A stretch of 64,000 nt of DNA. It comes from Candidatus Kaftiobacterium secundum. Lineage in GTDB: Bacteria; Sysuimicrobiota; Sysuimicrobiia; Sysuimicrobiales; Kaftiobacteriaceae. Of the stretch, positions 29,443 to 39,896 are shown piece after piece. The stretch's first letter is position 1. Each line of letters begins with the position of its first letter. The notes below the pieces were generated by a model. It saw only the letters and a program-made list of their open reading frames with translations, had not been told where the DNA came from and did no database searches. The translations under genes and the position numbers were made by a program. Location: NCBI GenBank assembly GCA_031459765.1, contig JAVKHY010000011.1, positions 14,247 through 78,246 of the forward strand. The letters are read 5' to 3'.

Positions 29443-30984
29443 GTGAGCACACACCAGAACGTGCAGATCCACGGCCGCCTGATTGCGCGGAATGCACTGC
29501 TCAACGCGCTGGTCCAGGTCGCGACGATGCTCGCGGCGCTGGTATTCCTCCCGACAATCGTCCGGGGGCTCGGCCCGGACAGGTTCGGGCTGATCACCAT
29601 TGTCTGGGTCCTGGTCAGCTATGCCAGCGTGCTGGACCTCGGGCTGACGCGGGCCCTGACGAAGTTTGCCGCCGACGCGCTGGGAACAGGGGAGACGAGG
29701 AGCGTCCGGGGACTGATCCGGACCGCCGTCGCCGGGCAGGTCGTCCTCGGTCTGATCGGTGCCGCGGCTCTGCTGGCGCTGACTCCGATCCTCGTCCGGG
29801 ACATCCTGCGCGTTCCCGCACCGCTGGCCGGAGAGGCGGGGGCGACACTCCGAGTACTGGCGCTCGGAATTCCCGTGATCCTCGTCTCGGGATCCCTCAG
29901 GGGAGCCCTGGAAGCCACCCAGCGCTTTGATCTCGTCAATGCCGTCCGCTTCCCGGGGGGGCTCTCCCTGATCCTGATCCCCGCGGCGGGTGTGGCGCTG
30001 GGGCTCAATCTCCCGGCGATGGTCGCAGGGCTGCTGGCGGTCCGCCTGATCCTCATGCTGGTTATGGCCGTGATGCTGGCAGGACTCATCCCCGCCGTCC
30101 CGAGTCTGTCCGGCGGGCGCCGGGGGCTCAAGGATCTGCTGGCCTACGGCGGATGGGTGACGGTCTCAAGCGTTATCGACCCCATCTTGGGGTACCTTGA
30201 CCGGTTCATCATCGCCCGGCTGCTCACGGTCGCCGCCGTCGGCTACTACGCCGCGCCCTTCGAGATCGTGGCACGCCTCTTGATCATTCCCGCCAGCCTC
30301 ACCTCGACCTTGTTCCCCGCGTTCAGCACGATGATCCGGCGCGGCGAGGGCGATCGATTCCGGTCTGCGTTCACGGCGGCCGTCAGGTACCTCATGCTGG
30401 CCGTCGGCGTGGCGGCCGCCGTGCTCATCGCCTACGGCCGCGCGTTCCTCCACCTCTGGCTGGGTCCGGATTTCGCCCGGCAAAGCGGATGGGTCATCCA
30501 GATCCTTGCCCTGGGCACCTTCGTCAACTCCCTGGCCTACATCCCCTATGCCCTGATGCATGCCCTGGGGCGTCCGGACCTCACCGCGAAGTTCCACATG
30601 ATCGAACTGCCGATCCACCTTCTCTTCCTGTGGACGCTGGTCGGGGCCTGGGGCATCACGGGCGCGGCGGTCGCCTGGGCGACACGGGTCGCGATCGACG
30701 CGCTGCTGTTGTTCATCGCCGCGTCCCGCCACGGCGCCATCTCTCCGCGCTGGGTGCTGGCGGGGGAGGCGTCGCGCGCCTGGCGTTTTCTCATGGTGCT
30801 GGCCGGTCTGCTCCTCGCGTCCAGCGCGCTGACGGCTCCGCTCTGGCTGCACGGGTTCATGGTCGCAGGCCTCCTGGCGCTGGCTGCGGTGTATGTCTGG
30901 CGCGTCCTCTTCGAGGATGCCGACCGTGCCCGGATCGTTGAGCTGATGCGCTCGGTGCGTGTACCCGCGGGGGCTGCCGGATGA
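29443..30984 (+). CDS. wzx: Wzx-type polysaccharide flippase (MOP/PST family)
   Basis: About 14 TM. N-terminus NALLNALVQVATMLAALVFLPTIVRGLGPDRFGLITI is typical of polysacc_synt proteins. Confidence 0.7.
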   Translation: MSTHQNVQIHGRLIARNALLNALVQVATMLAALVFLPTIVRGLGPDRFGLITIVWVLVSYASVLDLGLTRALTKFAADALGTGETRSVRGLIRTAVAGQVVLGLIGAAALLALTPILVRDILRVPAPLAGEAGATLRVLALGIPVILVSGSLRGALEATQRFDLVNAVRFPGGLSLILIPAAGVALGLNLPAMVAGLLAVRLILMLVMAVMLAGLIPAVPSLSGGRRGLKDLLAYGGWVTVSSVIDPILGYLDRFIIARLLTVAAVGYYAAPFEIVARLLIIPASLTSTLFPAFSTMIRRGEGDRFRSAFTAAVRYLMLAVGVAAAVLIAYGRAFLHLWLGPDFARQSGWVIQILALGTFVNSLAYIPYALMHALGRPDLTAKFHMIELPIHLLFLWTLVGAWGITGAAVAWATRVAIDALLLFIAASRHGAISPRWVLAGEASRAWRFLMVLAGLLLASSALTAPLWLHGFMVAGLLALAAVYVWRVLFEDADRARIVELMRSVRVPAGAAG

Positions 30985-31919
30985 CGATCCCGATCGGTGC
31001 TGCGGGGAACGGGGGATCCAATCCGCTGGTGTCCCTCGTCACGCCGGCCTACAACCAGGGGCCGTTCCTGCGCGAAGCCGTCGAGAGCGTCCTGGCCCAG
31101 ACCTACCCGGCCGTGGAGTACATCGTGATCGACGACGGGTCAACCGACAATACGCGCGAGATCCTGAGCGCATACGGTGGTCGGGTCCGCTGGGAGAGTC
31201 AGCCCAACCGAGGCCAGGCCGCGACGCTCAATCGGGGATGGTCGATGGCGCGGGGCGATCTCCTGGGCTACCTCAGCGCCGACGATGTCCTGCTTCCGGA
31301 TGCGGTTGAGGCGGGCGTGCGGATGCTGATGGGAGACCCCCGTCTGGTGGCCGTCTATCCCGACTTCTACCTGATCGATCGGCGTTCACGCCTCATCAAG
31401 GAGGTCCGCAGGCCCGACTTTGACTATCGTGACCTCGTTCTTCGGGGCGTCTGCCACCCCGGCCCGGGTGCGCTCTTTCGGCGTACCGCCTACCTCCGGG
31501 CCGGTCCGTGGGACGAAACCCTGCGTCAGGCGCCGGATTACGAGTTCTGGCTGCGGCTGGGGCTGCTGGGCGGCTTCGGCCACATCCCGCGCCCTTTGGC
31601 CAAGTTTCGCATCCATGGAGGATCCCAGTCCCGCGGGCCGGCCCCGCCGGCCCGATCGGATGAGATTATCCGGATTATCGCCGAGTTCTATGCGCAGCGG
31701 AGCGATCTCCCGGCGGAGATCCTCCGCGGCAAACGCCAGGCCCTGAGCACAGCGTATCTGCTTGCGGCGAGGTCGCACTTCGGCGCCCGCCGGTACACGA
31801 CGGCCATGCAGCGGGTGTGGCGGGCCGCCGCGCTCTACCCGCGGCACCTCCTGTCCCCCGGCACGTACCGCCTCTTGCTCGGCGGACTGACGGAACGCTG
31901 GCGCTACCAACTCCCATGA
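30981..31919 (+). CDS. Family 2 glycosyltransferase
   Basis: VSLVTPAYNQGPFLREAVESVLAQTY...YIVIDDGSTDNT...SADD. Confidence 0.75.
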   Translation: MTIPIGAAGNGGSNPLVSLVTPAYNQGPFLREAVESVLAQTYPAVEYIVIDDGSTDNTREILSAYGGRVRWESQPNRGQAATLNRGWSMARGDLLGYLSADDVLLPDAVEAGVRMLMGDPRLVAVYPDFYLIDRRSRLIKEVRRPDFDYRDLVLRGVCHPGPGALFRRTAYLRAGPWDETLRQAPDYEFWLRLGLLGGFGHIPRPLAKFRIHGGSQSRGPAPPARSDEIIRIIAEFYAQRSDLPAEILRGKRQALSTAYLLAARSHFGARRYTTAMQRVWRAAALYPRHLLSPGTYRLLLGGLTERWRYQLP

Positions 31920-33358
31920 GCGTCCGGGCCGCAGGTGACCGGCGAACGGTCCCGCGGGTGCTCGTGCTCGCCGCCGTCGTGCTCCTGGTTGCGGGATCGC
32001 TGCCACGCTACCCGGGGAGTTTATGGGTGCTCGTCGCCTTCCATCTGGCATTTTTCGTCCTGGCGATACTGGCCGTTCTGCCTCCCTACGTGGACGCCTA
32101 CGTGTTTCTGACCGGGTTCATGGTACTGGGTTTCTGGGTGAAGCTCATGGCCCATCTGCTCCTCGGATTTCGCTTTGCGGAGCCGGTGGGGGCCTTCGAC
32201 TACTCGCCCGCGCAGTGGGACAGGGCGCTCACCGCCGCCGCCGCCGCAGCCGCCGGGGCGGCTTTGTTCAGGCTCGGGTACCTCCTGGCCGTCCGCCGCA
32301 AAGTGGTGGGCGACGCGCCGCCGTCCGCCGGACCCGGCTGGTATCACGGGCGTCCCGTCGAGATCTGGGCCCTTGCCGCTTTTCTGACCCTGATCCTCTA
32401 TCTGGTGAACTTCCGGTTCGCCTTCTTCCAGATTGGTGTGGTCCCCAAACTCACCTTGCCGCCCGGCCTGAACGCCGTCGTGGCCTGGATGGTCTTCGCC
32501 GGCGGGCCGCTGGCCTGGACGTTGCTGGCGGAGTGGGAGCTGGCCCGCCGCCCGGAACGATTTGCACCACTCGTCTGGAGCGTCTGCCTCCTGGCCCTTG
32601 TCGCCTCCGTCTCCACGGCGAGCCGGGGAACCACCATATTCTTGTTCGCGGCCTACGGGTGCGCGCTTGCCCTGCACCGCCCGGGCCAGCTGAGGAAGCT
32701 GGTGCAGACGTGGCGCTGGCGGCTCCCGGTTGTGCTTACGGCCACCCTGGCGCTGAGCCTGACGCTGGTCTCGGTCTTCAGAATGACCACGTACGTGCTC
32801 CCTCGGGGAACCCTCGACGGCAATGAGATGGCCCGGCAGGTGCTGACACTGCCTGTCGCCCGATGGGTGGGCCTGGAGGGCCTGCTCTCGGTGTCCGCGA
32901 GCACCCAACGCAGTCTCGCCCTGTTGGTCGAGGGCATACGGGAAGACCCCAAACGAGGCGTGCACTCCATCTACCAGAAACTGGCGGGTTCACCGTACGA
33001 AGCTCGGGACGGTTTCATCTACCTGACCCTGCCGGGAGCCCCGGCGATTCTCTATTACAGCGGGTCGGTCGCGATCGTTCTGGCGGGCATGTGCTTCTTC
33101 ACGGCGGCGTTGACCGCCGTCGAGGCTCTCGCGGCGAGGGTGACGAGCAGCCGGTTCCTCGTCGCTCTGCTCGGGGTGCTGACGGCAAACGCCGTCAGCC
33201 AGATGAGTTTCCCCTACCTCTGGATGGTGTTCATGGCGGAGACCCTCGTGGCTCTCGGCGCCTTCGCGCTCGTGCAGTCTGCGCTCCGCCTGGCTTGGCG
33301 GCAGGGCGGAGTCCGGCACAAGGGCAACCCCCTCAAGCCGTTCACGGGGCGGGAATAG
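31916..33358 (+). CDS. Polytopic membrane protein, Wzy-type polymerase candidate
   Basis: About 12 TM and no soluble domain. Position in the cluster fits a Wzx/Wzy pathway. ATGA overlap with the upstream gene. Confidence 0.4.
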   Translation: MSVRAAGDRRTVPRVLVLAAVVLLVAGSLPRYPGSLWVLVAFHLAFFVLAILAVLPPYVDAYVFLTGFMVLGFWVKLMAHLLLGFRFAEPVGAFDYSPAQWDRALTAAAAAAAGAALFRLGYLLAVRRKVVGDAPPSAGPGWYHGRPVEIWALAAFLTLILYLVNFRFAFFQIGVVPKLTLPPGLNAVVAWMVFAGGPLAWTLLAEWELARRPERFAPLVWSVCLLALVASVSTASRGTTIFLFAAYGCALALHRPGQLRKLVQTWRWRLPVVLTATLALSLTLVSVFRMTTYVLPRGTLDGNEMARQVLTLPVARWVGLEGLLSVSASTQRSLALLVEGIREDPKRGVHSIYQKLAGSPYEARDGFIYLTLPGAPAILYYSGSVAIVLAGMCFFTAALTAVEALAARVTSSRFLVALLGVLTANAVSQMSFPYLWMVFMAETLVALGAFALVQSALRLAWRQGGVRHKGNPLKPFTGRE

Positions 33359-33373
33359 CGCCGCGGCAGGACG

Positions 33374-34555
33374 GTGGATCCTTTGCAGTCCCGAGGAGTT
33401 GATCGCTCAGGCTTCCGTCCCCTGCGGGTGGGGATCAGCGCGCTTGCCACGAAGGGCGGCGGGGGATTCACTTACCTGGCCAACCTCCTGACGCACTTTT
33501 CCCGCCTCCCCGCGCCGCCGGAGTGCGTCGTCGCCGCTCATTCGCAGGTCCTCGCCCGTCTGCGGGGAAAGGATCGATCCTTTGAGGCGGTTCCGCTGGA
33601 TCCGCGCGGTCTGGCCCACCGGATCTGGCTCGAACAGCGCACCCTCCCCGCGCTGTTTGCCCGCCGCCGCGTGGACGTCATCCTCGCCCCCAACAACGTC
33701 GGCCCGCTGTGGACGGAAATCCCGACCGTTGTTACGATTCAAAACGTTGAACCGCTGGTCGGCCTGGAAGGCGAGATGCCGTGGTCGTATCGGTTGCGGC
33801 TGCGCGGCCTCGGCGCGCTGACCGCCATGTCCTTGCGCCGCGCCAGCGCTGTTATTGCGGTCTCGGGATTCGCCAGGGACCTCATCCGGAGGCGGGTCAG
33901 GTCAGACGACCGGCCCGTGGACGTCATCCCGCTCGGCGCGCCGGATGATCGAGAGACCTCCCCGCCAGCTGAGGGGGAGCAGTGCCGTCGGGCGCTCGGG
34001 GTCCGAAGCCCGTACCTGTTGGCGGTCTCCGCGGTGAAGAGCACGAAGAACTATCCGCGGTTGATCGAAGCCTTTGCCCGCGCCGAGCTCCCGGACGTGA
34101 TCCTGGTGGTCGCCGGCGGGATCGAACAATCCTGGGCGGGGCGGGCTGTCGGCGAGGCCATCGCCCGTCATGGGGTCGCGGACCGTGTCCGTCAGGTCGG
34201 CTACGTCGAAGGCCCGACGCTGCGCGCGCTGTACGACGGCGCCCTGGCCGTCGTCATGCCGTCACTGCTGGAGTCCTTCGGGCTTCCGGCCCTCGAGGCG
34301 ATGGCCTACGGGCGGCCGGTGGCGGTTGCGCGGATCCCGGCGCTGCTCGAGGTCTGCGGGGACGGGGCCGCATATTTCGACCCTTATGACGTCACCGCCA
34401 TCTCCGGGGTCCTCCGGACGGTGGCCACCGATGAAGGTGTGCGACGACATCTGGCCGAAGCGGGTCGGCGTCGGGCCGAGGCGTTCCGATGGTCGGAGGT
34501 GGCACGGCGGACGCGTGAGGCCCTGGCCACAGCGGCAGAGCGTACGACGAATTGA
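33374..34555 (+). CDS. GT4 (GT-B) glycosyltransferase
   Basis: C-terminal EX7E-type region ...VMPSLLESFGLPALEAMAYGRPVAVARIPALLEV. Confidence 0.7.
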   Translation: MDPLQSRGVDRSGFRPLRVGISALATKGGGGFTYLANLLTHFSRLPAPPECVVAAHSQVLARLRGKDRSFEAVPLDPRGLAHRIWLEQRTLPALFARRRVDVILAPNNVGPLWTEIPTVVTIQNVEPLVGLEGEMPWSYRLRLRGLGALTAMSLRRASAVIAVSGFARDLIRRRVRSDDRPVDVIPLGAPDDRETSPPAEGEQCRRALGVRSPYLLAVSAVKSTKNYPRLIEAFARAELPDVILVVAGGIEQSWAGRAVGEAIARHGVADRVRQVGYVEGPTLRALYDGALAVVMPSLLESFGLPALEAMAYGRPVAVARIPALLEVCGDGAAYFDPYDVTAISGVLRTVATDEGVRRHLAEAGRRRAEAFRWSEVARRTREALATAAERTTN

Positions 34556-34572
34556 GGAGAGCGGTTGACCGA

Positions 34573-35013
34573 ATGGACACTCCACGACTGCTCCAGGGAG
34601 ATGTGGCCGTCGATGACCGGGGAAAGGTCGGATTCGTAAACGACTTTTCCTTCGACGGCGTGAAGCGCTTTTACATGGTGAGCAACCACGCGGCCCGGTT
34701 CGTCCGCGCCTGGCACGGCCACCGGCGGGAGGCGAAGTACGTCCTGGCGGTGCAGGGTGCGGCGGTCGTCGGCGCGGTGGCGATCGACAACTGGGAAAAG
34801 CCCTCGCCCGAAGCGAAGGTCTGGCGCTACGTGCTCTCGGCGCAGAAGCCGGCCGTGCTCTACATCCCGCCGGGATATGCCAACGGCTTTATGTCGTTGA
34901 CCGACGATACCACGCTGCTGTTCTTTTCCACGGCGACGCTGGAGGAGAGCCGTCACGACGACATCCGATTCCCGGCGCGGTACTGGGATATCTGGACGGT
35001 GGAGGAGCGGTAA
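34573..35013 (+). CDS. WxcM/FdtA-like cupin (sugar-nucleotide 3,4-ketoisomerase-like)
   Basis: VNDFSFDGVKRFYMVSNH...AWHGHRREAKYVLAVQG is a cupin His motif. A TTG at 34552 (TTGA overlap) is an alternative start. Confidence 0.55.
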   Translation: MDTPRLLQGDVAVDDRGKVGFVNDFSFDGVKRFYMVSNHAARFVRAWHGHRREAKYVLAVQGAAVVGAVAIDNWEKPSPEAKVWRYVLSAQKPAVLYIPPGYANGFMSLTDDTTLLFFSTATLEESRHDDIRFPARYWDIWTVEER

Positions 35014-35014
35014 G

Positions 35015-35965
35015 ATGACCCATGTGCTGGTTCTGGGGGCTTCGGGCATGCTGGGGTCGATGGTCACCGATGTGCTGGCGCGTGCGCCGGATCTGGCCGT
35101 GACCGCCACGGTGCGCGACGAGGGGCTGAGGGCGGCGGCGCAGGAGCGCCTGCCTTCGGTGGAATGGCTCCGGTTCGATGCGGCGACGTGGGATCCGCGC
35201 CGCGCGCCGCTGCCCGGGCAGCGGCCGGGAAGCTGGGTCATCAACTGTATCGGGATCACCAAGCCCCTGATCCGCGACGACCATCCGGCGGAGGTGCTGC
35301 GGGCCCTGCAGATCAACAGCCTCCTCCCGTATGCCCTTGCCGAAGCGGTGGCCTCGGCGGGAGGACGCATGATTCAGATCGCCACGGACTGCGTCTTCTC
35401 CGGCAGGCGCGGCGCCTACACCGAGGCGGACCCCCACGATCCGCTGGACGTCTACGGCAAGAGCAAGAGCCTGGGCGAGCCCCACCTGCCGGGTGTGCAC
35501 CACCTGCGGTGCTCGATCATCGGGCCGGAACCGAAGGACTACAAGTTCCTGCTGGAGTGGTTCGTGCGCCAGCCGAGGGGCGCGAGCGTGCAGGGGTACC
35601 GGAACCACCGCTGGAACGGGGTGACGACCCTGCACTTCGCGCGGGTGTGCCTGGGAGTGATCACTTCAGGTCTTCCCCTCCCCCCGCTGCACCATCTCGT
35701 CCCCGGCGGCGCGCTGACCAAGGCCGAAATGCTGCACGTCTTTTCCGAAGTGTACGGCCGACAGGATATTGCCATCCGTGAAGTCGATGCGAAGGACGTG
35801 ATCGACCGGACGCTGGCCACGACCGACCCCGCGACGAACGCAGCGCTGTGGGCGCAGGCGGGATATGTCACCCCTCCGACGGTGCCGGAGATGATCCGGG
35901 AACTGGGGCGTTTCGACTACCGGCTGGCCGGCATGGTGGCCGTCCCCCAGCCGACGCCGTCGTAG
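35015..35965 (+). CDS. NAD(P)-dependent SDR-type sugar-nucleotide reductase/epimerase (RmlD-like)
   Basis: VLVLGASGMLGS Rossmann motif. Catalytic YGKSK. Confidence 0.65.
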   Translation: MTHVLVLGASGMLGSMVTDVLARAPDLAVTATVRDEGLRAAAQERLPSVEWLRFDAATWDPRRAPLPGQRPGSWVINCIGITKPLIRDDHPAEVLRALQINSLLPYALAEAVASAGGRMIQIATDCVFSGRRGAYTEADPHDPLDVYGKSKSLGEPHLPGVHHLRCSIIGPEPKDYKFLLEWFVRQPRGASVQGYRNHRWNGVTTLHFARVCLGVITSGLPLPPLHHLVPGGALTKAEMLHVFSEVYGRQDIAIREVDAKDVIDRTLATTDPATNAALWAQAGYVTPPTVPEMIRELGRFDYRLAGMVAVPQPTPS

Positions 35966-35967
35966 CG

Positions 35968-37146
35968 GTGTCCGGCGGACTGGCCGTCGTCCTGGGGATT
36001 CGGCCTGATGTCATCCGGGCCAGCCTCATCCTGGAGTTCCTGCGCGAGCGCGGCGTCCCGTACACCTTCATCTGGTCGGGACAGCACTACTCGGACAACC
36101 TGAAGGATGTCTTCTTCCGGCAGCTCCGTGTCCCCGCGCCCGATATCGAGCTCGGCATCTCCGCCGAGCACGACGCCGAGCTGGTGGGCCGTCTGGTGAT
36201 CGCCCTTGCGCCGGTCCTTGAGTGGCTGCGCCCGGAGGCCGCGGTCTTCCTGGGCGACACCAACACCGTGATGGGGTGCCTGGCCGCGGCCCAGCTCAAC
36301 ATCCCGGTGGTGCACATCGAGGGGTGTATGCGTTCCTACGACTGGCGGATGCCGGAGGAGAAGTACCGGACCATCGTGGACCATCTGGCCGACGTGATCT
36401 ACGCCTACCTGGAAGAATACAAGCGGCAGGGCGAGCGCGAGGGGTTGAGCCCCGAACGGATCGTCGTGACGGGCAACCCCATCGTGGACGTGCTCTCCCG
36501 CTACTACTTCGGTCGGCGGGAACATTTCGAGGCGGTGGCCTCCCCGGGATTCTTCCAGGCGCGCGGTCTCCGGCGCCATCACTACTATCTGATGACCTGC
36601 CACCGGCGGGAGAACGTCCAGGACAGGGCGGCGTTAGCGCGGGTCCTGGCCCTGGCCGGCGCGGCCGACGCGCCTGTCTACTTCGCCGCCAGCTATCGGA
36701 CACAGCGCATGATCAAGACCTTCGGGCTGACGCTGCCGGAGACCGTCATCCTGGCCGATCCGATCGGCTACGAAGAGTTCCTCACCCTGATGACGAACTC
36801 GCGCGGTGTCTTCACCGATTCGGGCACCGTGGTCGAGGAGGCCTGCATCCTCCAGGTCCCGTCGGTGCAGATGCGTCGATCCACGGAGCGGCCCCAGGTC
36901 TATGACGTCGGGGCGTGCGTGAAGTTCGATCCGGGCGATGCCGCCGGGTTTTCGGTGGAGGCGGTCCTCGACCGGCTGACGCGCCTCCGGGGGAAGACCT
37001 GGCCCAACCCCTTCGGCGACGGTCGGGCCTCCGAGCGGATTGTCGACGATCTGGCGGCCAGGCTCTCCTCCGGGAGGTTCGCCGGCCATCGCCCGCAGGA
37101 TTACCCGATGGATGTGAGCCGGGCCTACCGTGGGGATGGGCTGTAG
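35968..37146 (+). CDS. wecB: UDP-N-acetylglucosamine 2-epimerase (non-hydrolysing, WecB/MnaA family)
   Basis: LAVVLGIRPDVIRASLI N-terminus. DTNTVMGCLAAAQLNIPVVHIEG. HRREN motif. Confidence 0.75.
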   Translation: MSGGLAVVLGIRPDVIRASLILEFLRERGVPYTFIWSGQHYSDNLKDVFFRQLRVPAPDIELGISAEHDAELVGRLVIALAPVLEWLRPEAAVFLGDTNTVMGCLAAAQLNIPVVHIEGCMRSYDWRMPEEKYRTIVDHLADVIYAYLEEYKRQGEREGLSPERIVVTGNPIVDVLSRYYFGRREHFEAVASPGFFQARGLRRHHYYLMTCHRRENVQDRAALARVLALAGAADAPVYFAASYRTQRMIKTFGLTLPETVILADPIGYEEFLTLMTNSRGVFTDSGTVVEEACILQVPSVQMRRSTERPQVYDVGACVKFDPGDAAGFSVEAVLDRLTRLRGKTWPNPFGDGRASERIVDDLAARLSSGRFAGHRPQDYPMDVSRAYRGDGL

Positions 37147-38391
37147 ATGCGGGTCATCATCCTCACCCAGCACTACAAGCCGGAGCCGCTGCCCAAAGCC
37201 CACGAGCTCGCCGAGGGACTTGCCGTCCGCGGTCACCAGGTGACGGTCATCACCGGCTTCCCCAACTATCCTACAGGCCGGCTGTACGACGGGTATCGGA
37301 TCCGTCCCTGGACGGTTCAGACGATCGACGGCGTGCGCGTCGTCCGGCTCGCCCTCTATCCAGATCACAGCGCCTCGGCCCTGCGCCGTCTGGCCAACTA
37401 CGGATCGTTCATGGCCATGGCCGCCGTACTCGGTCCAATTTTCGCCGGGCCGGCAGACGCGATGTTCGTCATTCATCCGCCGCTGACCATCGCCATCCCG
37501 GCGTATGTCATCGGACGGCTGCGCCATGTGCCCTACGTCTTCGCCGTGGGCGATCTCTGGCCCGAGGCAATCGTCGCCGCGGGTATGCTGCGCGAGGGCC
37601 TCCCCGTGCGGATGCTCCGGCGTCTGGCGCGGTTCGCCTACCGGCACGCCGCGGTGGTGGCGCCGGTGACTTCCGCGATCGGAGAGCACCTGGCCGCAGC
37701 GGGCGTCCCCCGCGCCAGACTCCGGGTCATCCCGGACTGGGTAGACGAGGTGCTCTACCGGCCCCTCCCGCCGGACCCGGCCCTGGCGGCGCAGCTGGGC
37801 GTGGCCGGCCGATTCACCGTGATGTTCGCCGGACAGATCGGGATTGTGCAGCACCTGTCCACGGTGGTCGAGGCCGCCGCGCTCCTGGGCGATCATCCGG
37901 ACGTGCGGTTCGTGATCGTCGGGGACGGCGTGGACCGGGCCCGCCTGATCCGAGACGTGGAAGCCAGGAGACTGACGAACATCACCTTTCCCGGACAGCG
38001 GCCGCCGGAGGAGATGCCGCGCCTGCTGGCGCTGGCCGACGTGCTGCTGGTGCATCTCAGCGGAGATCCGATCTTTCGCCTGAGCGTGCCGGCGAAGGTC
38101 TACGCCTACATGGCCTGCGGCAAGCCGATCCTGGCTGCCCTCGACGGCGCGGGCGCCGAGGTCGTGCGCGCCGCCGGAGCCGGACTGGTCTGCCCGCCGG
38201 CGCAGCCGCGCGCCCTGGCTGATGCGGTGCTGGAATTCCGCCGCCTGTCTGTGGCGACGAGACAGGAGATGGGACGGCGCGCCAGGGAAGTGTTCCTGGG
38301 CCGGTATGCCCGGCGCGTCGTCCTGGATCAGTGCGAGGCGCTGCTGGCGCGCGTGGCGCGGGACCGACGACAGGCGGTGACGGAAAGTTGA
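37147..38391 (+). CDS. GT4 glycosyltransferase (WcaI-like)
   Basis: MRVIILTQHYKPEPLPKAHELAEGLAVRGHQVTVITGFPNYPTG is a WcaI-type N-terminus. Confidence 0.75.
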   Translation: MRVIILTQHYKPEPLPKAHELAEGLAVRGHQVTVITGFPNYPTGRLYDGYRIRPWTVQTIDGVRVVRLALYPDHSASALRRLANYGSFMAMAAVLGPIFAGPADAMFVIHPPLTIAIPAYVIGRLRHVPYVFAVGDLWPEAIVAAGMLREGLPVRMLRRLARFAYRHAAVVAPVTSAIGEHLAAAGVPRARLRVIPDWVDEVLYRPLPPDPALAAQLGVAGRFTVMFAGQIGIVQHLSTVVEAAALLGDHPDVRFVIVGDGVDRARLIRDVEARRLTNITFPGQRPPEEMPRLLALADVLLVHLSGDPIFRLSVPAKVYAYMACGKPILAALDGAGAEVVRAAGAGLVCPPAQPRALADAVLEFRRLSVATRQEMGRRAREVFLGRYARRVVLDQCEALLARVARDRRQAVTES

Positions 38392-38394
38392 CGA

Positions 38395-39896
38395 TGCGCA
38401 GACTCAACCGGGGGACCGTGCTGCGGCTGCTGGCGGACACGCTGCTGGTGAACACCGCGCTGGTGCTGGCTTACACGTTACGCCTTGTCATTTACGTGCT
38501 GGCCGTGAATCCGCCCGGGGTGCGGTGGCTGATCACCGAGGAGGCACGGCACCTCGCTTTCCTGAGCCCGGTCCTCACCCTTTTGGCCCTGGCCATTTTC
38601 GCCCTCAGCGGTTTCTACACGTACGGCCGCGTCTACCGGGGCCGGTACAAGGCCGTCGTCGTCGCTCAGGCGGTTACCCTGATTTACATACTGCTGGCCT
38701 TGTTGTCGTACTTGCGGGTGGTCCCGGCCGTTCCGCGCGGAATCTGGATCGGCGGGTGGCTGCTGACCCTGCTGTTCGTCGGCGGGGCACGGGTACTCGC
38801 GGTCGCCTGGGCTGAGGTGTCGCACCGCGAGGCACGGCTGCTCCGGCTGCGGGAGGATGCGTCCGTCCGGCGGGTGCTGGTTATCGGCGGAGCCGGGTAC
38901 GTCGGCTCGGCGCTGGTGCGCCAGTTGCTGGACCGTGGGTATGGCGTTCGTGTCCTGGACATGTTGCTGTACGGCGATCAGGCGATGCGCGAGTTGCGGG
39001 CGCACCCCAATTTTGAGTTCCTCCAGGGTGACTTCCGCAATGTGGAGGCGGTCGTTCGGGCCATGCAGGATGTGGACGCCGTGGCCCACCTCGGAGCGAT
39101 CGTCGGGGATCCGGCCGGAGACCTGGAACCCCAGGTCACCCTCGAGGTCAACGTCGCCGCGACGCGGCTGATCGCCGAGGTGGCCCGGGGCGTTGGCGTC
39201 CGGCGGTTCGTCTTCACCTCCACCTGCAGCGTGTACGGAGCGAGTGACGGCCTGCTGGATGAACGGTCTCCCGTTAACGCCATCTCCCTGTACGCCAAGT
39301 CGAAACTGGATTCCGAGGCCATCCTCCTGGGCATGACCGACGGACAGTTCTCACCGGTGATTCTGCGGCTGGGGACCCTCTACGGCCTCTCCTATCGCCC
39401 GCGCTTCGACCTGGTGGTCAACCTGCTGGCGGCCCAGGCCGTACTGGAGCACCGGATCACCATCGTGGACGGCGACCAGTGGCGTCCTTTCGTGCACGTC
39501 GAGGACGCGGCACGCGCCATCCTGCGCTGCCTGGAAGTGCCGGCCACGCTGATCGCAGGGCAGGTGTTCAACGTCGGGGCCACGGCGGAGAACTACCAGA
39601 TCAAGGATCTCGGCGCCATGATCATGGCTCTGGTCCCGGGCACCGAAGTGCGCACGCGGGAAAGCGGGGGGGAACGGCGCAACTACCGGGTCTCCTGCGA
39701 CAAGATTGCCCGGACCCTCGGTTACCGACCGCTGCGGACGGTACGCGACGGAATCGCGGAGATCAAGGGCGCGATCGAACGAGGCGAAATCCAGGATTAC
39801 ACGGCCAGCGAGTACAGCAACTACAAGTTCCTTTCCCAGGCCCGCGCCGCTTTGGTGCGCACCGAGGGGGCGCCCCCGGCGCAGGTCGGTCCGTGA
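38395..39896 (+). CDS. Membrane-anchored NAD-dependent sugar epimerase/dehydratase (4-TM N-terminus + GalE-like domain)
   Basis: Four N-terminal TM helices. Then VLVIGGAGYVGSALVRQLLDRG and YAKSKL catalytic residues. Confidence 0.65.
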
